From Octopus sinensis (taxonomy: Eukaryota): a DNA stretch of 64,000 bases. Within the stretch, counting starts at the first letter, position 1. Each line of letters starts with the position of its first letter. The notes beneath the pieces were generated by a model, which searched no databases, was not told the DNA's origin, and was given only the letters and a program-made list of their open reading frames with translations. The translations under genes were made by a program, and so were the position numbers. Below are positions 1-12,349 of the stretch, in pieces. The DNA lies in the NCBI RefSeq assembly GCF_006345805.1, contig NC_042999.1, positions 42,966,001 through 43,030,000 of the forward strand, given 5' to 3'.

Positions 1-57
1 AATGTAATTTACTTACCCACTCCCAAAAATTTCGGGCCTTGTACCTTTAGTAGAAAG

Positions 58-58
58 G

Positions 59-107
<49 letters not shown>

Positions 108-112
108 TATTA

Positions 113-159
<47 letters not shown>
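58..159. repeat. (ATT)n microsatellite, the tail of a SINE copy at 1-60
   Basis: Near-pure (TAT)n after ...ggccttgtacctttagtagaaagg. Confidence 0.9.
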
Positions 160-163
<4 letters not shown>

Positions 164-395
164 ACTTACGGATGACAGACTGGCAGAATCGTTAGTGCTG
201 CAGACAAAATGCTTAGGAGCATTTTTTCAGCTCTTTACATTCTGAGTTCAAGTCTTGCTCAAGTTGATTTGGTTTTTCATCCTTTCATGGTTGATAAAAT
301 AAGTACCAGTCAAGTGTTAGGGGTCAATGAAATCAATTAATCCTTTCCCAAAAAAATTTCAAGCCTTATGCATGAAGAAGAAAGGGTTCTTGTAT

Positions 396-757
396 CACGA
401 GGTGGAGTGATAACAGGTCTGTGGCCACACATATGCTGCACTGGAGGTATCAGCAGATGCATCCCCTACAGCCTGAGAGGGTCAGAAAACCTCTGAACCA
501 CTTGCCATGATAGGAATCAGGGCCTGGAACCAACACCATGAACAAGGAATTCCCAGTAGGCCTCTGGTCATTAGCCCACATCAATTACATCCATGACATC
601 ACCACTACTGATCAAGCAGTCTGGTGAGGTCCTCAGATCTGGCTGATGAATTTGCTTACATGCAGCAGCATTCCACACTGTCATCAGCACATTCTCTGAT
701 GGCCCAAAGAAAACGACCACACCTGATCACTTAGAGAATGTAAACGTCGCAACAAGG
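396..757 (+). pseudogene. Degenerate 18S rRNA 3'-region fragment (rDNA pseudogene)
   Basis: Colinear blocks resembling the eukaryotic SSU 3' end: ataacaggtctgtg, catgaacaaggaattcccagtag, ggtcattagc, ctactgat, gtgaggtcctcagatc, ttagagaatgtaaacgtcgcaacaagg (cf. GAGGAAGTAAAAGTCGTAACAAGG); many CpG-type transitions and deletions. Confidence 0.8.
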
Positions 758-1169
758 AAGCAATAGATTAGCAGAATAGAGCATCAGACTAGGTTCCTTG
801 CAGTATTTGTTTAGCTCTTTACATTCTTAGTTCAAATCCCACTAAGCTCAGCTTTGTCTTTCATCCAGGAGTGATAAAATAAAGTACCAATCAAATACTG
901 GTGTTGATAAAATCAATTATTTTGCCTGGCATGCTAACATTTCTGCTAGCTCGCCACCTTAACCTATAGGTAATATTAAAATAACACTACTAACAGCAAT
1001 AACAATAACAGAGTCAAGGGTACCTTCAGAGAACCCATAGTATTAATAAAAAAGAAACAATAATAAACAAAAAATAATTTTATTTGAGTGACAGAGGTAG
1101 TTAAATAAAAAAAAAAAGCCAAAATATAAATAGGAAGAAACTGAAGACGACTTTTACCAAACTGCATTT

Positions 1170-1825
1170 TTTTGTGTTGGAACAGTGTTGTGTTAATTAT
1201 GTTGTATTGTTGGATTGTGATTTGTTACAGATGTATTGTGTGAGCAGTATATTGTGTTGTGGGTTATGTGTTATGTTGTGAGTTGTATACCATTGTGAGT
1301 CAGAAGTTGTACAGTAATGTCATTGTATGGATATATACTGTATGGTTGTTGTTTTTTGTTTGGTGAGTTACACATTGCATTGTGGGTTCTATGTTATATA
1401 ATGGATTGTATGTTGTATTGTGAGTTACATGTGTTGTGAGTTGTATCCTGTGTGAGTCATAGATTGTGTTGTATTGTGAGTTGTATACCATATTGTGAAT
1501 GGTATATTATGTTGTGGGTTGTATATTGCGTTGTGAGTTGTATACTGTGCTATGAGTTGTATATTACATTGTGAATGGTATGTTGTGTTGTGAGTGATAT
1601 GTTGTATTGTGAGTGGTATGTTGTGAGTTGTATACTGTGCTGTGAGTTGTATGTTGTATTGTGAGGTGAATATTGTGTTGTGAGTTGCATACAATGTTGC
1701 AGATTATATGCTTTGTTGTGAGTTGTAAGTTGAATTGTGATATAGGTCTTTGTTATATAATATGTTGTATTTTGTCTTGTGTGTTTTGTTGTGAGCTGTA
1801 TGTTGTTATGAGTTGCATGTTGTGA
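1170..1825. repeat. Degenerate TG-rich minisatellite (about 18-20 bp core gttgtattgtgagttgtat)
   Basis: Recurrent ttgtgagttgtat / gttgtattgtga units; explains the spurious T/H/N-rich minus-strand ORFs. Confidence 0.75.
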
Positions 1826-1909
1826 TTTAAATGAGATCTAACACACATTACATCACAAGGTAAACTTTACATGTCATATTGTTTCATATGATAATGGTTT
1901 CCATTGCAG

Positions 1910-1999
1910 TCTCCCAGTGGCTCTAAAACAAAGGCATATGTTCCCAAACATCGTTCTGGTGCTTATGCGGTCTTAGTAACTCTGTTCAGAAGTCAGAAG
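1910..1999 (+). CDS. MUS81: MUS81 exon (first in window), start of winged-helix domain: [30 protein letters not shown]
   Basis: ttgcag acceptor and AAG|gtaagc donor; YxPxxRSGxYAxL motif. The alternative acceptor at 1916-1917 cannot be excluded. Confidence 0.85.
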
Positions 2000-2989
2000 G
2001 TAAGCATTACTTCTTTCATTTCTTTTAATGATTTCAGTCACTGGACTGTAGCCATGCTGGTGCTATGCCCTCAATGATTTTTGTCAAATATCTTTTATCT
2101 TTCACCTGTTTCTGTCATTGAACTGTGGCCATCCTGGGGCACCACCTTGAGGGATTTAGTCAAATAAATCCACACTATTACCTTTTTTTTTGTGTGTGTG
2201 TGTGTGGTACTTATTCTAATGATCTCTTTTGCTAAATTCTTTTACTTGTTTCAGTCATTTTGACTGTGGCCATGCTGGAGCACCGCCTTTAATCGAGCAA
2301 CTCGACCCCAGGACTTATTCTTTGTAAGCCCAGTACTTATTCTATCGGCCTGTTTTGCCAAACCGCTAAGTGACGGGAGCATAAACACAACAGCATCGGT
2401 TGTCAAGCAATGCCAGGGGGACAAACACAGACACACAATTTACACGCACACATATATATATATACATATATACGACGAGCTTCTTTCAGTTTCCGTCAAC
2501 CAAATCCACTCACAAGGCTTTGGTCGGCCCGGGACTATAGCAGAAGACACTTGCCCAAGGTGCCACGCAGTGGGACTGAACCCGGAACCATGTGGTTGGT
2601 AAGCAAGCTACTTACCACACAGCCACTCCTGCGCCTAAATTCTTTTACCAAACCAATACTGGTTATCAAGTAGTTGTGAGAGGACAAACACAAAGACACA
2701 GACCCATATACATAGACCCATCAAGTTTAGGCTTAAGGCCTGCAATTTTGGAGTTGGAGTTAAATCAATTACTTGAACCCCAGTGCTCAACTGGTACATA
2801 TATTATCAACTCTGAAAGAGTGAAAGGCAAAGTTTTAATAATAATGATAATACACTATTTACAATTGATATTTGTCCTCATCTTGTTTGTTGTTAACACA
2901 ACATTTCGGCTGATATACCCTCCAGCCTTCATCAGGAAATTTCGAACCTGGGTTCTCATTCCTAAGGTATTTTTCGATGTTTGTTGTTA

Positions 2990-3026
<37 letters not shown>

Positions 3027-3055
3027 CATTATTATTATTATCATTATTATTATTA

Positions 3056-3101
<46 letters not shown>

Positions 3102-5203
3102 TTTAATGTCCGCTTTCCATGCTAGCATGGGTTGGACAATTTGACTAAGGTCTGGCAAACCAGATGGCTGCACCAGGCTCCAATCTGATCTGGCAGAGTT
3201 TCTACAGCTGGATGCCCTTCCTAATGCCTACTACTCCGAGAGTGTAGTGAGTGCTTTTATGAATTATTATTATTATCATTATTCAGGTCACTGCCTGGAA
3301 TCGAACTCGGAATCTTGGGGTTAGTAGCCCGCGCTCTTAACCACTAAGCCATATGCCCCGAAACGTGTTAACAACAAACAAGATGAGGACAAATATCCGT
3401 CAATTGTAAATAATGTACATAATTCCTCATCTCTTAAATATAGAACTGTATAATGATAATAATATATATTTCTTGATGCCTTTTCTTCCAGGAACACATG
3501 ACCAAAGAAGAACTGATTCGTGAAGCCCAGCCACTAAGTGAGACATCATTTAAGTCAGTAAGTAATTTCTTAAGTTATTTATTGAGTTAGGGAGATAATA
3601 AGAGAAGAGAAAATGATTAAACCATTCTTGACCATATTTCTAATGAAATACACTGTCCCCATCACCATTTTACTTCTGCTTTGTCTGATGGCTTCAGTTA
3701 GACGGATGATTGAGTTTCATGTCAATATTTATCCAGCCTTCAAAATTCTCTCTTTACTTCTTTACTTATTTCAGTCATTTGACTGCAGCCATGCTGGAGC
3801 ACCGCCTTTTAGTCGAGCAAGTCGACCCCAGCACTTATTCTTTGTAAGCCTAGTACTTATTCTATTGGTCACTTTTGCCGAACCGCTAAGTTACAGGGAC
3901 GTAAACACGCCAGCATCGGTTGTCAAGCAATGTTGGGGGACAAACACAGACACACAAACACACTCACATATATATATACATATATAGGACAGGCTTCTTT
4001 CAGTTTCCGTCTACTAAATCCACTCACAAAGCTTTGGTCAGCCCGAGGCTATAGTAGAAGACACTTGCCCAAGGTGCCACGCAGTGGAACTGAACCTGGA
4101 ACCATGTGGTTAGTAAGCAAGCTACTTACCACACAGCCAGTCCTGCATATAAATGTATATATTTATATATTTTCATATTAAATAAGTGTGAAGGCACATG
4201 GTGTAGTGGTTAGGGTGTAGGACACATGGTTGTAAGATTGTGGTTTCAATTCTTGGACCTGGCGATGCATTGTGTTCACATTGCTCCAGTGCACTCAGCT
4301 GATAAAAATGAGTAATCCTGCGATGGACCAGCTTCCCATCCAGGGAGGAATATATTTGCCAGAGAAACCAGGAAACCAGCCCTATGCTCCTTATGAAGTA
4401 ATGTGGGTCAACCATATTAACTAAGCAAGAATTTGAAGGGATTTAGTGTAACTAACTGTCCTTCACTTTTGCCATTGTCCACTTCTATTACTGTCCTTCA
4501 CTTCCTCTGCTTCCACCTCACTCCAATCACTCTGTTTTTACCAACATATTCTTGTTCTCTTCACCCACCTAGTCTAGTTCTTTAGTCTGTCTCTTCTATT
4601 CATTTTCTCAGTCACATTGCCTTGAGCAAACTAACATCATAGTGTAGTGAAGACTTTTCAGTCTTACAGGGTACAAGGCAACCTCAGTAGTGCTGACGCC
4701 ACAGCAAAATATACCCAGAGCATTCTGTAAAGCGGTTTAGTAATAGGAATGATGTCCAGATGTAGAAACCAAGCCAAAAAGGAGATAGTATGAACATGTC
4801 ATGGCACTTCATCCCATGGCAGGAAGAGAACGCTAACTCCAAATAAGAACTGGTGCTGATTGTGATGACCCATCCAACTCATGCTAGTGTAGAAAGTAGA
4901 CATAAAATGTTGTTGTTTTTGTTGAGGATGATGATGATGATGATGATGGATTTTTGTTTTGTATTTGGTTTTTGTGTCACCCACATCTTTAGCAATGAAA
5001 CAATTTTTAAAATATATGCATCCACTTCAGATTACATTGCAGTGCAGGCATGGTTGTGTGGGTTGAGAAACCTGATTCTCAATCATGTGGTTTCAGGTTC
5101 AGTCTCACTGCATGGCATCTTTGGTAATTGTCTTTTATTATAGCTCCAGGCTGACCAAAGCCTTGTGAGTGGATTTGTTAGACAGAAACTGAAATTAGTC
5201 TGT

Positions 5204-5238
<35 letters not shown>

Positions 5239-6895
5239 ACTTATGTTTGACGTCATGTGACGGTTGTAAGTAATCATCTTCATCATAAAAGCAATGTTGT
5301 TCATTTCTGGTCTTCTGTGAAACACATACCTGGCCATTAGAATGTATTACCTTACTTGCAAACATGTGAGGGTAGGCAACAAAAAGGACATCCAACCATT
5401 GAAAATCTGTCTCAACAAATCCCATTTGACCCCTGCAAGCATGGAAAAGTGAGCATTAAAACAATAGCAATGATGGTAGTGGTGTATGAATATACATTTA
5501 AGTGCAGTGAGTGAAAAAATAATAGAAGCAAATTCAAGTAATAATAATAATAATAAGCTAGGTCTTTACCTATTACTATGTTGCCGGTAAAAATATTTGT
5601 CAATCATGTACATGCCTTCTTTTAATAGTAGACTGTTAAGTAGTGAAAGTCTTGTTAGTTTCTATGGTGATAACAGTCTATCTATCTATCTATCTCTCTA
5701 TTTATCTTTCACACATACTCTCTCTTTCTTCCGTCTCTCTCTCTCTCTTGACAGCAACAACAAACTCATTATAATGAAAGTCTATTATAAAGTATGTGTT
5801 GTATCGTCTCTGTGTTGAAAGGTATACAGAAAGGAACAGACACACAAACAACCCCAAAAATATCTATATTGTTATATAATGAAAGTCTTTTTTTTTTCTG
5901 AAGCTGTGTCACATTGTGTTGACAGACTTGCACTTAACACTCCTGTGTTTTTAATGAAAACCTGTTAGTTACTATGGTGACAACACTACCTACCTATCTA
6001 TCTTTCTCACACACACACTCTCTCTCTCTCTCTCTCTCTCTGTATTCTCTCTCAACAACAATTTTTTCTCCTCCTCTTCTAAACATATGTTGTGACGGAC
6101 AGACAGATGTAGATCTGCTTCTCTTTTATAATATAAGATTACATTGCACATACAAACATACAGCAGTATCATGGCTCCTCTACAGTTCTTAAACTTGTTT
6201 GCAGTTCTTCAATAGACTTTATCTTTTATCTTTCAGGTGGGAGATTCTTACTACTCTGCTTGGTCCTCAGTCAGAACTCTAATAAAGAAAGAACTTGTTG
6301 TAAAACAAAGCAGTCCTGCAAAGTAAGCATTGTGTTTTACTACCATACCCACCTCAAACTCACCTAACATATACCTATTTTTATGGGATCAGGTCTGTGC
6401 CTACAGGTTGAACTAAAACAGATTTGAGAAACACAGTTTGCCAAAAGATTTGAAATCTAGGCATCTTCGACTCAACAAAGTCTAGGTCTTGCTTCTAATT
6501 AATCAATATTACTATTGTATGTTTTCATGCTACCTATGGCCATAGGTAGTTGAGGTTTGACCATGCTATCTTTCTTTGTAGTTTAGAAACTTACTACTCA
6601 ACTATGCCATCTTGAGTTTAGTCCCACTGCATGGCATCTTGAACAAGGGTCTTCTATTATAGCCCTAGGTTGTTAAAGCCCTGTGTGTGGATTTGGTAGA
6701 TGGAAATTGAAAGAAACCCATCCTAGGTACAGACATGGCTATGTGGTAAGAAGTTTGCTTCCCAACCAAACCACATGATTCCACAGGTTCAGTTCCACTG
6801 CATGGTACCTTGGGCAAGTGTTGTCTACTATAGCTTTGGGCCGACCAAACTTTGTGTGTGGATTTGGCTGACAGAGATTGAAGAAGCCCATCGTA

Positions 6896-6964
<69 letters not shown>

Positions 6965-9900
6965 CATCATCATCCTTTAACATCCGTTTCCATGCTGGCA
7001 TGGGTTGGACTTATAATATATATATATAGCAGAGCTTTCCAAAATTACCACAGTGATAGCACAGTGTTTAAAAAGGGTTCACAATACATTAATTTGATTT
7101 TGTTAACCAGGCAACAAAATAATATAACTATCATCATCATCATCATCATCGTCGTTTAACGTCCGTTCTCCATGCTAGCATGGGTGGACGGTTCGACCGG
7201 GGTTCTGGGAAGCCAGAAGGCTGCACCAGGCTCCAGTCTAACTGGCAATGTTTCTACAGCTGGATGCCCTTCCTAACGCCAACCACTCCGTGAGTGTAGT
7301 GGGTCTTTTTACGTGCCACCTGCACAGGTGCCAGGCGGGGCTGGCAACGCCACGGTCAGATTGGTGTATTTTATGTGCCACCGGCACGGAAGCCAGTCGA
7401 GGCGGTGCTGGCATCGGCCACGAGTCGGATAGTGCTTTTTACGTACCACCAACCAGGGATCCTGGCTGGTTCAATTCGATTTCGATTTCCCCAACATGTC
7501 TTCACAAGCAAAGGGGGTTGGCATGGGCCTGTCGTACGGTCGCATTGGAGTATTTTACGTGCCACGGCCACGAGTCGGATAGTGCTTTTTACGTACCACC
7601 AGACCAGGGATCCTGGCTGGTTCAATTCGATTTCGATTTCGCTTGCCCCAACATGTCTTCACAAGCAAAGGGGGTTGGCATGGGTGCCTGTCGTACGGTC
7701 GCATTGGAGTATTTTACGTGCCACGGCCCCGAGTCGGATAGTGCTTTTTACGTACCACCAGGCCAGGGATCCTGGCTGGTTCAATTCGGTTTCGATTTCG
7801 ATTTCGCTTGCCCCAACATGTTTTCGCAAGCATGGGGTGTTGGCATGGGTGTCTGTCGTCGGATGAGGTTCTATATCGACTTCGCTTGCCTCAACCGGTC
7901 TTTGTGTCCAAGGGAGGAAAGGCATTCATAAGTGGGCTGGGCTCACTTGTCCTGCCTGGTCTTCTCACGTACAGAATATTTCCAAAGGTCTCAGTCTCTG
8001 GTCATTTCCTCAGTGAGGCCTAAAGTTCGAAGGTCGTGCTTCACCACCTCGTCCCAGGTTTCCTGGGTCTCTTACTCTTCCAGGGTTCCCTCACTGCTAG
8101 GGATTGGCACTTTCTCACACACCTATCTTCATCATCCATTCTCGCCACATGACCATACCAGCGCAATCGTCTCTCTTGCACACCACAACTGATGCTTCTT
8201 AGGTACAACATTTCTCTCAAGGTGCTAACGCTCTGTCGAGTATGTACACTGACATTACACATCCATCGGAGCATACTGGCTTCATTCCTCACGAGCTTAC
8301 GCATGTCCTCAGCAGTCACGGCCCATGTTTCGCTGCCATGTAGCATGGCTGTTCGTACACCGCATCATACAGTCTGCCTTTTACTCTGAGCGAGAGGCCT
8401 TTAGTCACCAGCAGAGGTAAGAGCTCCCTAAACTTTGCCCAGGCTATTCTTATTCTAGCAGTTACACTTTCAGCGCACCCACCCCCACTACTGACTTGGT
8501 CACCTAGATAACGGAAGCTATCAACTACTTCTAGTTTTTCCCCCTGGAAAGTGACGGAAGTTGTTTTCTGCAGATTTTCGGAGGTTAATGCTCCCGAGCA
8601 TCTGCCACATACAAAAACTATCTTCCCAGTTAGCCTACCTTGACATTGCTGCACCTCTTATGTGTCCATAGCTTACACTGGGTACATCTTATAGAGTTTC
8701 TACCTACACCTTTTCTACAGATCAAGCAGGGCCATCTTCCTGAAGATATTTGTGGATTGTCTACCTTTCTACTTATTAGTACTTTGGTTTTAGCTAGGTT
8801 GACTCTAAGGCCCCTTGATTCTAAACCCTCCTTCCACACCTGGAACTTCTCCTCCAGTTCTGATAGTGACTCAGCAATAAGAGCAAGGTCGTCAGCGTAG
8901 AGGAGCTCCCAGGGACAGCCTGTCTTGAATTCCTCCGTAATTGCCTGGAGTACTATGATAAATAGGAGGGGGCTGAGTACTGAACCCTGGTGGACCCCAC
9001 TTCTACTTTGAATTCTTCTGTGTACATGTTGCCAACCCTAACCTACTTACGGCATCTCTGTACATGGCTTGCACAGTCCTCACCAGCCATTCATCTATCC
9101 CTAGTTTCCTCATTGACCACCAGATAAGGGATCGGGGGACCCTATCAAAAGCTTTCTCCATGTCAACGAAAGCCAGGTACAGGGGCTTATCTTTGGCTAG
9201 GTATTTCTCCTGCAGCTGCCTTACCAGGAATATAGCATCAGTGGTACTTTTCCCTGGCACGAACCCAAACTGCATCTCATCTAAACTAACTCTCTCTCAA
9301 TTAGTTGGGCTATGACCCTCTCCGTAACCTTCATTACTTGATCCAACAGCTTGATACCTCTGTAATTATTTGTATCTAGGGCATCACCTTTACCTTTGTA
9401 GCAGTTGACTATTGCTGCTGCACCATCATTGGGTATGACTCCTTCGTGTATCACCTGGTTGACTATACGGTGACTAGGTTATAGCCGACACTGCCAGATA
9501 TTTTGAGCATCTCTGCAGTATCCTGATGGGCCTGGGGCTTTCCCTGTCTTCATGCTTCTAATTGCTTAGCTACTACACGAACTATCAACTCGGATAGCTG
9601 GTCCCTCTGTAGGTTCAACATTCGCAGACTCTCTTTATCCCATTCATTTTCCTCATTCAGTAACCTATATACTTCAAAGTATATCTAATATAAAAATTTT
9701 ATGAATATTGATTTGAGAACCAATATTCCCAAGAATTCTTCAGATTTAACTTAGTTCTGTAAGATGTACCTGGAGATTATTAGTGACACACTGAAGTGTC
9801 ACGTCACAACAAACAGTTTGGAAACATCTAGTTTAATATCTTGAGAACTCTAGATAAGAATTTTGCACAGTATACACCAAGAGTCGATGGCATGACATCT

Positions 9901-12311
9901 TTTATTTTCAATTTAGATTTAGTAGGTGCAGACTTGGCAGTGTGGTAAGAAGTTTGCTTGCCAACCACATGGTTCTGAGTTCAATCCCACCTTGGGAAAG
10001 TGTCTTCTACTATAGCCCCAAGTTAACAAAGCCTTATGAGTGGATTTGGTTGATGGAAGCTGAACGCCTGTCGTGTGTGTGTTTGTGTGTCCCCTTGCCT
10101 TAATATCGTATGATAGCTGTAAACAAATGTCACCTGCATGCAAGCGGTGTCCTTTGTTCCCCATCTTCTGCAAAAATATTACCTTACTTGGAAACAGGTG
10201 AGGGACAGCATCCAGATGTAGAAAACCCGCTTCAACAAAATTCCATCTGACCCATGCAAACATGGGAAAGTGGATGTAAAAATTATAATGAAATGATGAT
10301 GATTTACTTTGTAAGATCTTACCAACTTGGTTCTATTTACTGTTTTTGTCATTTTATGTTATCTTCTCTTTTTTTTTATATTTTATCTTCTCTTTTTGTT
10401 CTTATTTTCTTTTTTCTTATTCTCCAGATATTCTTTGACAGATTCTGGGCAATCATTGGCCTCAAAACTTTCTCAGTCAGCACAAGACCCCGAAAGCATT
10501 GTGCCTTTTCCATCAGGTGATGAACCTAGCAGTACCACATCAATTCCACCGGCAGCATGTGAAACATTCACAGTTCTTAACTCTGTTTCAAATGCCAGAA
10601 AATTCTCACCAATCAAAGAAAATTCTTCTAATCTGGATAAATTTCTTCGACAAAACTCCAAGTAAATATCAACATTTGGTAATATTTCTTTTGAGCAAGT
10701 TGGCAAGCTGGCAGAATTGTTAACACGCTGGGAAAAATGCTTGGCAGCATTTCATCCATCTTTACATTCTGAGTTCAAATTCCACCAAGGTCCACTTTGC
10801 CTTTCTTCCTTTCTGGGTCGATAATATAAGTACCTGTTGAGCTCTGGGGTTGATGTCATAAAATAAGTACCAGTTGTGCACTGGGGTTGATGTCATTAAA
10901 ATAAGTACCAGTTGAACACTAGGGTTGATGTCATAAAATAAGTCCTAGCTGAGCACTGGGGTTGATGTTATAAACTAAGTACCAGTTGTGCACTGGGGAT
11001 GATGAACTTACTGGCTGTGTGCCAAAATTTGAAACAATGTTTCTTTTGAACAGGCTGGTAGGTCACTATGTTGCTTTGATATAAACTAAGTCCTAGTGTC
11101 AATATTCTAAATTCAAACTCTACACAGTTTGGCCTAAATTTTCAGCTTCCAATATCAAAGTGTGCAGTATATGTGTGCAGTGGGCATACAAATATGTAAA
11201 TGCATATTCCCTGTACCCCTACTACCAAACTGATATTCCTTATGACTATCTTAAGGTCCATCTCTAATCATCTGTCACATTCCTTACACATTCTTACAAA
11301 CTTACCTACCCACTCTTTCTGTTTTTGTATCACTATTCTCTCCCTCTTTCATATTCACCATGTACCTTGAGGGTACACTCTCACCATCTCTCTCTCCCTC
11401 TTTCATATTCACTTTGTACCTTGAGGGTGCACTCTCACCATCTCTCTCTCCCTCTTTCATATTCACTATGTACCTTGATGGTACTCTCTCACCATCTGTC
11501 TCTCTCTCTCTCTCTCCAGCTGGGAAAGCCATGTACTCTCCTCTTCAGCAAGACATCTCTTCCTGTCCCTCTCTCATGCTTTCTCCTCCTTCAATACTTT
11601 ACCCCACTCAACCGAGGGAGTCTTGTCTTATGAGCACTTGGCAACCTCACTGGTGCTGGTGTCACAAAAAAGTATGCAGTACACTCTATAAAATGGTTGC
11701 TGTTAGGAAGGACATCTGGCTGTAGAAATCATGCCAAAACAGACATTGGAGCTCAGTACTGTCTTCTAGCCTGTTGGTTCCTGTCACACCATCAAACCCA
11801 TAACCAACACCTACATTGAAAAAGGGACGATGTGGTGTTGGCACAGTGGAAAAATAAAATCAAAATGTTAATTACTTTTTATGAAAAATTAAGTCTTCGT
11901 TCTCTTTGTAAAACTCTATCAATGAGAAAAATTAACACTGCATCAATAATTGTTCTTTTTTTATACAAGAAAAAAAATAACACTCCATTCTCTTTGTAAC
12001 ATGCATCTTGTTTATATACATATATATTTTTTTCTTTTTGGTTAATGAATCAGTGTGGGAGAAGTTGTTCATGTAGATGATGTAGTCTGCATTGATGATG
12101 ATGATGATGATGATGTCTGCCAAACTGACCGTTGTGAAGAGGATGGCCCAAATTTAGTTGTTACGAAAGCCACTATCAACCCAGAATTAGTACTACAACC
12201 CTACACGTTTGATATTATTCTTCTTGTTGATAACCGTGAGTTTTATGGTGGGTAAGTGCTCAGTTTATATTTTTATTTGCTGTTGTTGTTGTCGCTGTTG
12301 CAGCTGGTGCT

Positions 12312-12349
<38 letters not shown>

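Noticed and set aside
7248-7931. 227-239 aa repeat-containing ORFs (also 13386-14105)
   Set aside because: Antisense readings of the RTE 3'UTR tandem repeats; no domain or splice support.
7960-9662. Active LINE ORF2
   Set aside because: 5'-truncated (no endonuclease) with several frameshifts; some 1-bp indels could be assembly errors, but the copy is incomplete regardless.
10511-10522. Alternative MUS81 donor CAG|gtgatg
   Set aside because: Gives phase 1, incompatible with the phase-2 start of the next exon.
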